A stretch of 64,000 nt of DNA. It comes from a virus. The stretch is from positions 60,361 through 124,360 of IMG/VR virus record IMGVR_UViG_3300042305_002284; one strand, written 5' to 3'. This document shows positions 11,601-20,143 of the stretch, one piece after another; positions within the stretch are counted from its first letter, which is position 1; every line of letters begins with the position of its first letter. Position numbers and translations under genes: made by a program. Under the pieces are notes generated by a model that was not told where the DNA came from, searched no databases, and saw only the letters and a list, made by a program, of their open reading frames with translations.

Positions 11601-12145
11601 TTACAAAAAGTTATATTGACAATGTTCAAAGAGAAAAAGAAATACTTTGTCGCATTAGATCTTTTGGCAATGCAAATATAGGAATAAAAACAAACGCAGA
11701 GGTTGAAAATAGAAGTTATGATAAATATTTCATAATAAGAACAACAACGCTGAGAGCACAAAGACCTGTAAATCCATTTGACGATAATCCACTTGTCAAT
11801 CGCTTTATAGATACCATAAAAATAAATATACCAGGTATACAAATAAAAGAATCAAGTGATATAACAAGGCGACTTGTCACATCTGCTCCATCAATACAAA
11901 TAATAAAAACAGACACAACTGGAAGAAGACAGGTTGTTGAAGTAAAAGATATAAGAGATGCTGTGGCAAGAGACATTTCTGTTGTTCAAAATACAAAAGT
12001 TGGAGATACAAGAACTCCTGCATCTGTAACGGCAGCAGTAAATGTTATTTCTCTTGCTTTTCAAGGCGCCAACATAAGTAATAATGTAAGAAGCAGCAAC
12101 TTTGTTCCTAATACCAATATAAAAACAGCGGGCAGGAGAGTGTAA
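8603..12145 (+). CDS. Large hypothetical virion protein (1180 aa, GTG start)
   Basis: GAGGT RBS before GTG; long ORF tightly packed within the structural operon. Confidence 0.6.
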   Translation: MTATTQEEVLSGILPKVNINKITLTSPDERILNVSLDLTIKETLDDGFFGSWFEDININKYILVEIVQSTDAAVTEALSYSNDMIQLCNLQRQLKIDDTRTKALAYITQNNKVSDLLALLEDKTKRETISINKSETKITENIAYTNSDGDKIYEIPYKVQFSLDKQPEHLAYFAVCSIDLDALCADLNIDYDVAESFEENGRVVSEIVIDEFNVVSETYVYVDKNGVVWTGPVHETEQGLWRSGDDETSESINLDRILVTNTKVQDFRRFNRIERLMVDFNNVNSRYVDGSLVQDFSLLTETTANNITKIQSVDYKPDRYTAQFTEAFSSTDANGNYKFLFGVNFLEVLKSHSRFAKLFETNSDTFKEESIQNTRILDLKLYRTRIKNADSKPYEKLNPEEPDELILQTKDISWKNFININNDLSAIKEADILTNNTNNFIRYFTGIDKTFKNLSDGVYQYKIDFEIEDGVVEFIQDKLSQLEIAKKQLVEYSNKISKPTMRKFIVDNTNPHIESPSEYSQNSLVMDYGYDIVTNKLSPQLISKTIREYGGITSITAPWNTCSATLAYILDIFSSEISTEQDREEIVRSIFDMLSPNSTNPQIVARAIEMIDYFITNISKTFDITVGDNSFASNTTSTISSKTNKTFKTTKVLEGVGDTSISKSFGIDYLSNTTSQPTGEEGLLVLSSQHMLTRTQNEMSKFFTTQDPNISFSNTGDNFQDLKYSYFTPTRIDFPNKTTVLSRLDNDNSQGNTRSIDYFYENANNFTKAVSLQADIINFKLDVGGKNRFLPETKKQSSQEQLTPAQRRGQALEQKDISINKMKQVLAEYSSTTFMGYSVSQEVNVEGQQNITQLERFMSSLSSDALRLKQTFGYKKSKNSSTFVPNYVEEDYIRNLSELNPNSIRISNDRITGFRKVFPVSLLGNVPNQLRAIIFKPQELQVDIASSITNTNNTYSINVVNKAKNYFHFEMIAQIEYLEGFDTTQSSSDQSTMNPVWKTLTKSYIDNVQREKEILCRIRSFGNANIGIKTNAEVENRSYDKYFIIRTTTLRAQRPVNPFDDNPLVNRFIDTIKINIPGIQIKESSDITRRLVTSAPSIQIIKTDTTGRRQVVEVKDIRDAVARDISVVQNTKVGDTRTPASVTAAVNVISLAFQGANISNNVRSSNFVPNTNIKTAGRRV

Positions 12146-12146
12146 T

Positions 12147-14891
12147 ATGGCAACCAGAAGAATATCTTGTAGAGACTTGGACTCTCTTAGTCAAATAGAA
12201 CAAACAGAAATACAAGATGATACTGCTTCTGCTGGGGGGGCAACGCAAACAATAAGAGATCAACTTGTTATTGGTGAGGTTGCCGCTGGCAGAAGACCAA
12301 GAGGCACTCCTATAATACCAAGAGATGTTCTGGAAGAAATAACCGACAGAGCAACCGAGGCAATGGCACCGACAATAACTGTAACCGAATCTCAACCTCC
12401 GTCAAGAGATGACTCTCTAAACTCACTTGAATCAGGCGAAGATGATGATCCACAAGATATCCCAGGACAGTTTTTGTCTTCTCCGTTTCTTGGACTCGGC
12501 AAAGCGACAACGATAATAGATATAGAAAACTACGCAGATTCTTATCAAAGAATATTACAACAATATGGTATTGAAAGAAGCAATATAAACGATCGCGTAA
12601 AATATTATAATGGTTCTTTTTATGTATTGAGAAACGATTCTCTGGTTTTTTATCGCAACACTTCAAATAGAAAAAGATATATCACTCTTAGAAAATCGTC
12701 TATTCCCAAAAGAGCAACTTTGACTTCCGCTTCAAACGAAACTTACAGATTTTCTTTTGATAGAGATCTAAATGTATCAAATGGCCGACTTGCTGGTCCG
12801 TTAAAACAAAGATTTACCACTGGCGGTTCTTTCACTGGCTCTATTCAGGGACAAAACAAAGATAGTTTCAACTTTCAAGGAATAATAGGACAACAAAGCA
12901 ACATTATAGACAACTCTTTTGTAATGCAGTTTCCTTTTGAAAACTCTGAACTATTAGATACATTGAATCTTGTTGGGACATCTATTATAGACATAAAAGA
13001 AGAATATCGCTTTTATATTGAAGAATATGAAAAAATAGCCAACTCTGTGAATGAAACTTCGCAAGAAAATATATTTCCAAACCTTTATATTTTGAATGCA
13101 ATAATAGAAGATAAAACAAATGAAAAACAGTTTTTATCCTCTATTGCAAACATGAATGATAGAATAAGTTCTGGTGAAAGATTTTTGTTGAATAAATCAG
13201 AAAAAACCGTTTTTGGAATAAAAGATGGAATAGGTGAATATTTTGATTTGTTTGGAACAAACTATGAAAGTCTAAAACAACAAAACGGCGGTGCTGTCCA
13301 CGATTCGTTCGCAAAGAAAATGCAAAACATTGTTTTTCTTTCCGACACATCAGCAAAGATGTCGGAAATAGGTAAAAAGAAATATCTTTTTCCTATGTCT
13401 GTTGATTTTTCTATACCAACAGATAAAACAACAAATGTAACAAGAATGCTTCTTGATGCTGAACTCATGGATAGTTTTATGATGCAACTTTTGAGCTTGC
13501 ACAAAAACAACCAGTTTGATTCAAAAGAAACAGCAACATCAGAGAGACTTTATTCACAAAAAATAGAACCAAGCACACAGCAAAATGTTGTCAACTCGTC
13601 TTATTCTTCTAAGAGAAAAACAATAAGATATGAAGACATTTCTAAGATGTTGGAAGACATAAAACAACAGCCATTACAACCAAGTGGTCCTGATTATATT
13701 GTCATAGGTGACACAACAAAATATCTTAGAACCAACAAAGAAAGTATGAGTTTTGTAAATGGACTAAGAAATATAATATTCAATTCAAAACTAAACACAT
13801 TTGTTAGAAACAACCACAGAACTTATAAAGATATTCTAAATGGCAGAATGTGCTACAATGAAACAGTTGCATTCAGAGTGGCAAAGTATGACATAAACGG
13901 AACAACACCAATACAAAACTACTGGATACCAAACAATCCAGATCTTGATTATATTGATTTGATTGACACCCAAGTAAAATATGAAAAAGAATACACATAT
14001 AAAATATTTGCATATCAGTTTGTATTAGGAAACAAAATAGCGCAATCTCTTTCAGATTCTACAACTGCAAATACAGAGTTTGCAGTGAATATAACAAATC
14101 TACCACAAGCAAGTTTGATGGAAGTAGAAATATTATCATCAAATAAAATGGTTGCTGATACTCCACCTTTATCGCCAGAGATATTATTTGTTCCCTATTT
14201 TGATGTTGATAATAAAATCGGTTTATTTTTGAATAGTAGAACCGGCGAACTCAAACTTGAACCAATAAACATACTTGCAACCGATGAAGAAAAAACATCA
14301 AAATATAAAAAAATGCTTGATAATAGCGTGCTGTATAAATCAGATGATGTGGCAAGCAGGTTTGAAATAATGAAACTTGATAGAAAGCCAAACTCATATG
14401 CAGACTTTGCAAGCGGCTTTGTAAAAGCAGTATCAACAGATATAGATCCACAAACACCACAAAAAGCAACTGCTGCTTCGTATATTGATACAATAGAACC
14501 AAATAAAAAATACTATTATTGTTTTAGAGCAGTTGATGTGCATGAAAAAATATCAAATCCAACACAAGTATTTGAACTTGAAATGCTGAATGAAAAAGGC
14601 ATGATATATCCAATAATAAAAAACTATGAGTTTGAAAAACCAGCATATCAAAACAATATTGAAATAAGAAGATTTATAAAAATAAAACCAAGTTCACAAC
14701 ACACATTTATAAACAGCAGCACTTCTGATATACAAGAAGATACAACTGCCGAACAATCACTGCCAAAAATAAAACTTGGCGTATCTGATGTAGCAGTTCC
14801 TTGGGGTAAAAAGTTCAAAATGGTTATTACTTCAAAACAAACTGGAAAAAAATGTGAGTTCAAGTTTATAATGAAATACAAAACAGAATAA
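12147..14891 (+). CDS. Large virion protein with C-terminal fibronectin type III-like domains
   Basis: Two FN3-like signatures: IDTQVKYEKEYTYKIFAY and YIDTIEPNKKYYYCFRAVDVHEKISNP. Confidence 0.55.
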   Translation: MATRRISCRDLDSLSQIEQTEIQDDTASAGGATQTIRDQLVIGEVAAGRRPRGTPIIPRDVLEEITDRATEAMAPTITVTESQPPSRDDSLNSLESGEDDDPQDIPGQFLSSPFLGLGKATTIIDIENYADSYQRILQQYGIERSNINDRVKYYNGSFYVLRNDSLVFYRNTSNRKRYITLRKSSIPKRATLTSASNETYRFSFDRDLNVSNGRLAGPLKQRFTTGGSFTGSIQGQNKDSFNFQGIIGQQSNIIDNSFVMQFPFENSELLDTLNLVGTSIIDIKEEYRFYIEEYEKIANSVNETSQENIFPNLYILNAIIEDKTNEKQFLSSIANMNDRISSGERFLLNKSEKTVFGIKDGIGEYFDLFGTNYESLKQQNGGAVHDSFAKKMQNIVFLSDTSAKMSEIGKKKYLFPMSVDFSIPTDKTTNVTRMLLDAELMDSFMMQLLSLHKNNQFDSKETATSERLYSQKIEPSTQQNVVNSSYSSKRKTIRYEDISKMLEDIKQQPLQPSGPDYIVIGDTTKYLRTNKESMSFVNGLRNIIFNSKLNTFVRNNHRTYKDILNGRMCYNETVAFRVAKYDINGTTPIQNYWIPNNPDLDYIDLIDTQVKYEKEYTYKIFAYQFVLGNKIAQSLSDSTTANTEFAVNITNLPQASLMEVEILSSNKMVADTPPLSPEILFVPYFDVDNKIGLFLNSRTGELKLEPINILATDEEKTSKYKKMLDNSVLYKSDDVASRFEIMKLDRKPNSYADFASGFVKAVSTDIDPQTPQKATAASYIDTIEPNKKYYYCFRAVDVHEKISNPTQVFELEMLNEKGMIYPIIKNYEFEKPAYQNNIEIRRFIKIKPSSQHTFINSSTSDIQEDTTAEQSLPKIKLGVSDVAVPWGKKFKMVITSKQTGKKCEFKFIMKYKTE

Positions 14892-14903
14892 TGTTTATAA
14901 AAC

Positions 14904-14912
14904 ACTATTTAT
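14904..14912 (+). promoter_or_regulatory. Putative late promoter motif ACTATTTAT
   Basis: Intergenic, ~20 nt before ATG 14932; same motif recurs in other intergenic gaps. Confidence 0.6.
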
Positions 14913-14931
14913 AGCGTAGGAGAATAAATAA

Positions 14932-15864
14932 ATGGCTTTTCTTGATAATAGCGGTGACATAATATTAGACGCTGTATTGACTGATACAGGAAGATACAGA
15001 ATGGCAAAGGGCGATGGAAGTTTCCGTGTTGCCAAATTTGCTCTTGGTGACGACGAAATAAACTACCGTTTATACGACAAAAACAACGCAAGTGGTTCTG
15101 CTTACTATGATCTAAGCATACTACAAACACCCGTTCTTGAAGCATTCACTGATAATGCTGCAAGTCTAAAGTCAAAACTAATGACTATATCAAGAAACAA
15201 CCTGCTTTATCTCCCAGTATTGAAACTAAACGAAACTCAATCCGCAACAAAAAGATATGTTGATGGTTCTTTTCTTGTTGCTGTTGATGAAGATACAGAA
15301 GCAGCAATGGTAAATGGTCAAACTATCGTTGAGGGTGTTCTAAAAGGTCTAAATATAAATCAAAGTGATAACTTTGCGCGAGTAGATCAGGGTCTTGATA
15401 CAAACTACGAAATATCAGCGGTAAACCCACTTGATCCAGACCTTGTAGAAACTCAATATATTGTTGAAATGGACAATCGCCTTGGAAGCATAATAGCACC
15501 AAAACTAAATGGTGGCGTGGCAGCCAGAGCGTCATATATAGACGATGATAATATTGCAAGTTATTTCTTTTCTCTTGGTAGCGATACACAGTTTGTTCGT
15601 GAAATAACAACAGATTCGCGCACTCCAAACGACACACAACAAGTTATAACTGGTCCACGCGGAACAAGATTTGAGTTTTCCCTAAGAGCATCAATTGAAC
15701 TACAAAGTTCAACATTCCTGTTTGACCAACTTGGTGGGATAACCAACATAGCCGGCGCTACTGGAAGTCCACAAGTTCAATATATTGATACAACAGTGAG
15801 AATAATGGGCGCTACAACTGGATATCGCATGGACATACCAGTTAGATTTATCAAAGCAACCTGA
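14932..15864 (+). CDS. Virion structural protein (baseplate/tail-collar-like)
   Basis: AGGAG RBS; N-terminus MAFLDNSGDIILDAVLTDTGR...FRVAKFALGDDEINY, paralogous to the 7558 N-terminus. Confidence 0.6.
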   Translation: MAFLDNSGDIILDAVLTDTGRYRMAKGDGSFRVAKFALGDDEINYRLYDKNNASGSAYYDLSILQTPVLEAFTDNAASLKSKLMTISRNNLLYLPVLKLNETQSATKRYVDGSFLVAVDEDTEAAMVNGQTIVEGVLKGLNINQSDNFARVDQGLDTNYEISAVNPLDPDLVETQYIVEMDNRLGSIIAPKLNGGVAARASYIDDDNIASYFFSLGSDTQFVREITTDSRTPNDTQQVITGPRGTRFEFSLRASIELQSSTFLFDQLGGITNIAGATGSPQVQYIDTTVRIMGATTGYRMDIPVRFIKAT

Positions 15865-15879
15865 TATTAGGAGAATACA

Positions 15880-16899
15880 ATGGCCACAATATATAAGACA
15901 TTTCAAAATAACGATGTTGTATCAACAAGAACACTTCTGCACGAAGCCATTCCGATTACAGGTTCAATCATATCGGGAACATATAGTGATAACAACATAA
16001 AAAACTATGCACACGGTATGTTCCAGTCGGTATATGACTATCCATATCTAAGTTCATCTGCAAATCACATATTTGATATAACAGTTGGTCTGAGTCCAAA
16101 CTCGCCACTTTCAAGTTCGGCAAACCAACAAAATGCTAAAAAAATAAATGTTTACAATCAAATGGCACAAGTTCTTGCGGGAAACGATGTAAACGGTAAT
16201 ATACTCGAGTTTGATAGAGATGGCAACATTCTTGCGGGTGGAGATAAACTACGAGAAGTTTTCTTTGTAAACTTTTCAAGATTGCTTGTAAAAGACGAAA
16301 TAAAGAAAGACAGTTTTAGACTTGTTCTTGGAACCGGTTCTTTCTCTACGCCATTCGCCGGAACTCTAAGGACCGTTGGTGATTATGGTGCTCAAAACGA
16401 ATATCGTGTAAACTCCCCAGCAGGAGAATATGGTATACTTTATACTGGTTCAGCGGCTGTTGAAGGAACTGGCGTAGGCTTGCTGTTTTATCAAGCGGGC
16501 ATTGCTGTTCTAACTGCTTCTTTGTTTGCCGGTGCTACAATGACTGGTTCAACTGGAAATGTAAGCAATCTTTTTCAAACAAGTTCAATGCAAACCGCAG
16601 CAGATGCATTACGAAGAAGAATAAACGATGTTGATTTCAACAACACAACAGAACTAAACTCAACAATATATTTCTGTCGTCTAAACCACAATGAGTTCAA
16701 CTATAGTTCAAACCCAACTTATTTGAGTTCAAGTAAAATAGTTGTAAAGAATACCGCCCTTGATAATCCAGTGTCTTATATAACATCAGTTGGTCTTTAT
16801 TCAGCAGACAACGAACTGCTTGCTGTTGCTAAATTGAGCGAACCATTGAAAAAAGATCCAACCAATGAGATGATACTAAGAGTGCGTTTGGACTGGTAA
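15880..16899 (+). CDS. Virion structural protein with tail-collar-like C-terminus
   Basis: AGGAG RBS; C-terminus EFNYSSNPTY...YITSVGLYSADNELLAVAKLSEPLKK shared with the 17005 protein. Confidence 0.6.
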   Translation: MATIYKTFQNNDVVSTRTLLHEAIPITGSIISGTYSDNNIKNYAHGMFQSVYDYPYLSSSANHIFDITVGLSPNSPLSSSANQQNAKKINVYNQMAQVLAGNDVNGNILEFDRDGNILAGGDKLREVFFVNFSRLLVKDEIKKDSFRLVLGTGSFSTPFAGTLRTVGDYGAQNEYRVNSPAGEYGILYTGSAAVEGTGVGLLFYQAGIAVLTASLFAGATMTGSTGNVSNLFQTSSMQTAADALRRRINDVDFNNTTELNSTIYFCRLNHNEFNYSSNPTYLSSSKIVVKNTALDNPVSYITSVGLYSADNELLAVAKLSEPLKKDPTNEMILRVRLDW

Positions 16900-16972
16900 C
16901 CACTTGACTAAATACGTTACGCTCAACAAGTTTTCTGCTATCGTGCTGAAACAAAAAATATAACAAATAAAG

Positions 16973-17004
16973 AAACTGCCTATTTATTTTAGGCAGTTTT
17001 TATT
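16973..17004 (+). terminator. 10-bp hairpin (aaactgccta/taggcagttt) with T-rich tail; CCTATTTAT promoter-like motif spans the stem top and loop
   Basis: Perfect inverted repeat 16973-16982/16990-16999. Confidence 0.6.
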
Positions 17005-17964
17005 ATGACAAGACCAAAACAGTTTATAACAAAAGACGGAAATCTAAACAACTTCAAAACAGTTTCCAAAAATGATTTCAGTCAGTTTCAATATGGTGAC
17101 ATAATAACAGGATCGGAATATCCATATATTTCAAATATATTGAGATATCATGTATACCAAGATCAAAATAGAAACTATATAAAAGCATTAGAAAACACAC
17201 TAAACCACTATACTTTTATAAGCCCACACTATTCTTATAGTTCTTCGTTGGGAAACAAAGACACACAAGAGTTCAGTTTTATAAGTATACCATCTATTTT
17301 TTATGGCTCCTCAATAAAAAAAGGTTCAATAAACTGTAAATGGTATCTCACTGGAAGTGTTATAGCAGAACTACAAGATATAAATCAAAATGGCGAACTT
17401 GTTCAGGTTGGTCCAAGCGGAAGTGTTGGTTCTGGTAGTGTTGCCGGTGTTGTGCTTTACAAAGAAGGATTCATAATATTGACTGGTTCTTGGAGTTTGC
17501 ATCCAACATATACTGATTTATTTGGTATAGGAACAACAACTGGTTCATCGCCCTCCTGGAAATATTTTATGCATACTGGCTCCGATGATACAAATCGTGC
17601 TGTATCTTCAAGTTTTCTTCTTGATTTTGAAGGAATGAACTATATTCCAACAATAACAATGCTTGCTCACGCAGAACAGGGAGAACTAAATCATTCAAAC
17701 AATCCAACATATATTGAATACGGACAAAATACACAGCCAATAACTGGCGCATTTGGTTATATAGAAAACATAAACAATACTATAAAAAACATAGTGAGTT
17801 CCTCTTATGTTGATGAGAAGCCAGATTTCAAAAAAACAACATATATTTCAAAAATCGCTATTTATGACGAAGAAAAGAACCTTATCGGTGTGGCTAAGTT
17901 GGCAAATCCAGTAAGAAAAAGAGAAACAGACTCCTATACATTCAAAATCAAAATGGATCTATAA
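17005..17964 (+). CDS. Virion structural protein, paralog of 15880..16899
   Basis: Shared motifs IKKGS/IKKDS, GVVLYKEG/GLLFYQAG, ELNHSNNPTY, TYISKIAIYDEEKNLIGVAKLANPVRK. Confidence 0.6.
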   Translation: MTRPKQFITKDGNLNNFKTVSKNDFSQFQYGDIITGSEYPYISNILRYHVYQDQNRNYIKALENTLNHYTFISPHYSYSSSLGNKDTQEFSFISIPSIFYGSSIKKGSINCKWYLTGSVIAELQDINQNGELVQVGPSGSVGSGSVAGVVLYKEGFIILTGSWSLHPTYTDLFGIGTTTGSSPSWKYFMHTGSDDTNRAVSSSFLLDFEGMNYIPTITMLAHAEQGELNHSNNPTYIEYGQNTQPITGAFGYIENINNTIKNIVSSSYVDEKPDFKKTTYISKIAIYDEEKNLIGVAKLANPVRKRETDSYTFKIKMDL

Positions 17965-17965
17965 A

Positions 17966-18274
17966 ATGCTAAAAAAGTTTGAAAGTAGTGACATATTTGT
18001 AAACAGAATAAAGACCTATCCAAAGGTAAGAGTTTTCACTTATTCTGGCAGTATGTATTATAATAACAATACAGTTTCTGGCAGCGGTGTGTCCATATAT
18101 AACTTTCTACCAGAACCAGTAGTTGATACATTCAATCCGCTAATATTCACTGAAACATTTGAATTTCCAAGTTGGTTTGGCACATACGACACTGGCTCAA
18201 TAATTTTTCCAACCTTTACTGGTTCTGTGTTGTTTCTTGAAGAATTTGAATCTGGTTCATGGCCAAATCCATGA
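17966..18274 (+). CDS. Small virion-associated hypothetical protein
   Basis: Starts 1 nt after upstream stop; five [ST]GS motifs; internal repeat IFTETFEFPSW/LFLEEFESGSW. Confidence 0.55.
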   Translation: MLKKFESSDIFVNRIKTYPKVRVFTYSGSMYYNNNTVSGSGVSIYNFLPEPVVDTFNPLIFTETFEFPSWFGTYDTGSIIFPTFTGSVLFLEEFESGSWPNP

Positions 18275-18298
18275 TAAATATTTTAGGAGCTATAAACA

Positions 18299-19102
18299 AT
18301 GGCACAAAATGATTGGACTTTTATACTTAGACCTAGCGACGTCACAGCCGGAAGAACTTTTCTTGGAGGAACAACTGGAAGTGCATTTCAACACAGCACA
18401 CTAACAAATCCAATAACAGGCTCAGGAACTTGGTGTCGTGGGTTTTTTGCATCTGGTTCGGTGAATAACTATAGATTTGTTGCTTTGTTGCCAAGAAACA
18501 ATTCAGAACTAACAAGTTCAACCGGCTATCCATATGGTTTTGGATATTCTATTCGCTGTTGGGCGCGAGCAGGAAATACAAGTGCCTCTGAATTTGATTC
18601 AGTGCAAATATCATTCAAAAATCAGTCAAACCTAGCCATAGACATTGCAGGAAACCTTCCCACCCCAAGATTGACCGGCTATACACTTTATCTATCAGAA
18701 ACAAAACTTCAATTGGTTTGTGCCAATACTGGCACAATAAACACTTTCTCAGAAAGTGTTTTACCTGCCGACAATGCTTTTGGTTACTCAAAGACAATAA
18801 CAACTTCAAATTTGTTCAACCGATGGATTCGTTTGCGAATGGATGTTTCTCCCATCACTGGCGCATACGATAGAATAACTGTTTTCACAGCAAGTCAAGC
18901 ACAGGAAAATAATTGGCAGCAAGTTCACACAATAGATATACCAAGAGAAAAAGTTGGCGCTTATGTTCCATGGGCAAACAATCCAAATGGTGATGGAGCG
19001 CAAGCAGCCGGAAAGGGATACCTTGGTGCAGTTATAACATCCTATGCCACCACCGCCGCAGCCTATATAGATCAATTTGAAGTATTTAAAGAGCCAGTAT
19101 AG
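18299..19102 (+). CDS. Hypothetical beta-rich (possibly lectin-fold) virion protein
   Basis: AGGAG RBS; beta-strand pattern, WIRLRMDV and YIDQFEV motifs reminiscent of concanavalin-like folds. Confidence 0.45.
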   Translation: MAQNDWTFILRPSDVTAGRTFLGGTTGSAFQHSTLTNPITGSGTWCRGFFASGSVNNYRFVALLPRNNSELTSSTGYPYGFGYSIRCWARAGNTSASEFDSVQISFKNQSNLAIDIAGNLPTPRLTGYTLYLSETKLQLVCANTGTINTFSESVLPADNAFGYSKTITTSNLFNRWIRLRMDVSPITGAYDRITVFTASQAQENNWQQVHTIDIPREKVGAYVPWANNPNGDGAQAAGKGYLGAVITSYATTAAAYIDQFEVFKEPV

Positions 19103-19120
19103 TCAATTTTATTGAAAAGA

Positions 19121-19129
19121 ACTATTTAC
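19121..19129 (+). promoter_or_regulatory. Putative late promoter motif ACTATTTAC
   Basis: Intergenic, upstream of GAGG RBS and ATG 19146. Confidence 0.55.
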
Positions 19130-19145
19130 ATAAGAGGATAAATAA

Positions 19146-19541
19146 ATGACAGATTTCATGAAACTACACAGACCAGGTATAGGAAATGCAGCAAGTTATC
19201 AAGTCTCTGCCATACCTTTTGTCAGTTCTTCTCTTGCAATACCAGTAAGTGGTGCAAATACTTTTTCAATTTCATTTCCACTTATTACAAAGTTTATAAC
19301 CATAACAAATCTAACACCTGCTTCACAAATGCGTTTAGGATTTAGCGACCGTGGTGTAAAAGGAACAAACTATTTTCTTATTACTGGCTCTTCTACTTTT
19401 ACAACAGAAGTAAAAACAAATCAAATATTTTTGATGAGCAACAATGCAACTCCTATTTCTGCCAGTTTGTTTGCTGGACTTACAAATATCGAAGCAACAG
19501 AACTACAAAATAACTGGTCTGGTTCGCTTGGAGTTGGTTGA
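19146..19541 (+). CDS. Small virion structural protein
   Basis: GAGG RBS; S/T/G-rich beta-sandwich-like sequence; own promoter-like motif. Confidence 0.5.
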   Translation: MTDFMKLHRPGIGNAASYQVSAIPFVSSSLAIPVSGANTFSISFPLITKFITITNLTPASQMRLGFSDRGVKGTNYFLITGSSTFTTEVKTNQIFLMSNNATPISASLFAGLTNIEATELQNNWSGSLGVG

Positions 19542-19584
19542 AAATAAATATTAACGAAAATATATTTTTTGTTATTATCTGCAA

Positions 19585-20112
19585 ATGATCCTTGGTTTGG
19601 ATATATCAACATCTTGCACCGGCGTAACCATTTTGGACTACGCCGGTCGTGTTGTTCTCAATACCTGTTGGAAGTTCAAAAAAGAAGAAATACTTGACAA
19701 ACTCCAAGCAGCAAAAGAACATATATTAGAACTACGAAAAAAATATCCAATAACAGAAGTCTTTATAGAAGAAAGTCTTCAAGCATTTCGTCCCGGTTTT
19801 TCATCAGCAAAAACGATTTTATCTCTTGCCAAGTTCAACGGAACTTTATCTTGGATGATATTGGAACATTTAGGTATAAAACCCCAGTATATTGGTTCTG
19901 GAACAGCAAGAAAACTTTGTGGAATAAAAGTAATAAAAGGTGTTCCAGCCAAACAGCAAGTTATGGACTGGATGTTGCTAAATCAAAGTTGGTTCCGGGT
20001 AGAAAAGAAAAAAAATAGCGAAAATATAAAAGATCACTATTATGATATGGCTGATAGTTGGGTCATAGCACAAGCAGGTTTGTTGCAAATAAAAAACAAA
20101 CCATCAACTTGA
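19585..20112 (+). CDS. ruvC: RuvC-like Holliday junction resolvase
   Basis: MILGLDISTSCTG (catalytic D), VFIEE (E), DMADS (DxxD): RNase H-fold catalytic tetrad. Confidence 0.85.
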   Translation: MILGLDISTSCTGVTILDYAGRVVLNTCWKFKKEEILDKLQAAKEHILELRKKYPITEVFIEESLQAFRPGFSSAKTILSLAKFNGTLSWMILEHLGIKPQYIGSGTARKLCGIKVIKGVPAKQQVMDWMLLNQSWFRVEKKKNSENIKDHYYDMADSWVIAQAGLLQIKNKPST

Positions 20113-20137
20113 CCTCTTGCGGGTGCTATGCTAACGT
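20109..20137 (+). promoter_or_regulatory. Sigma70-type promoter, TTGACC-17 nt-TAACGT with extended -10 TG; probably leaderless primase mRNA
   Basis: -35 at 20109-20114, -10 at 20132-20137, ATG at 20144; no SD before the ATG. Confidence 0.55.
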
Positions 20138-20143
20138 GCGGCT

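Noticed and set aside
12234-12240. G7 homopolymer as a phase-variation switch
   Set aside because: Short, in frame (Ala-Gly-Gly-Ala) and single; no evidence of slippage without reads
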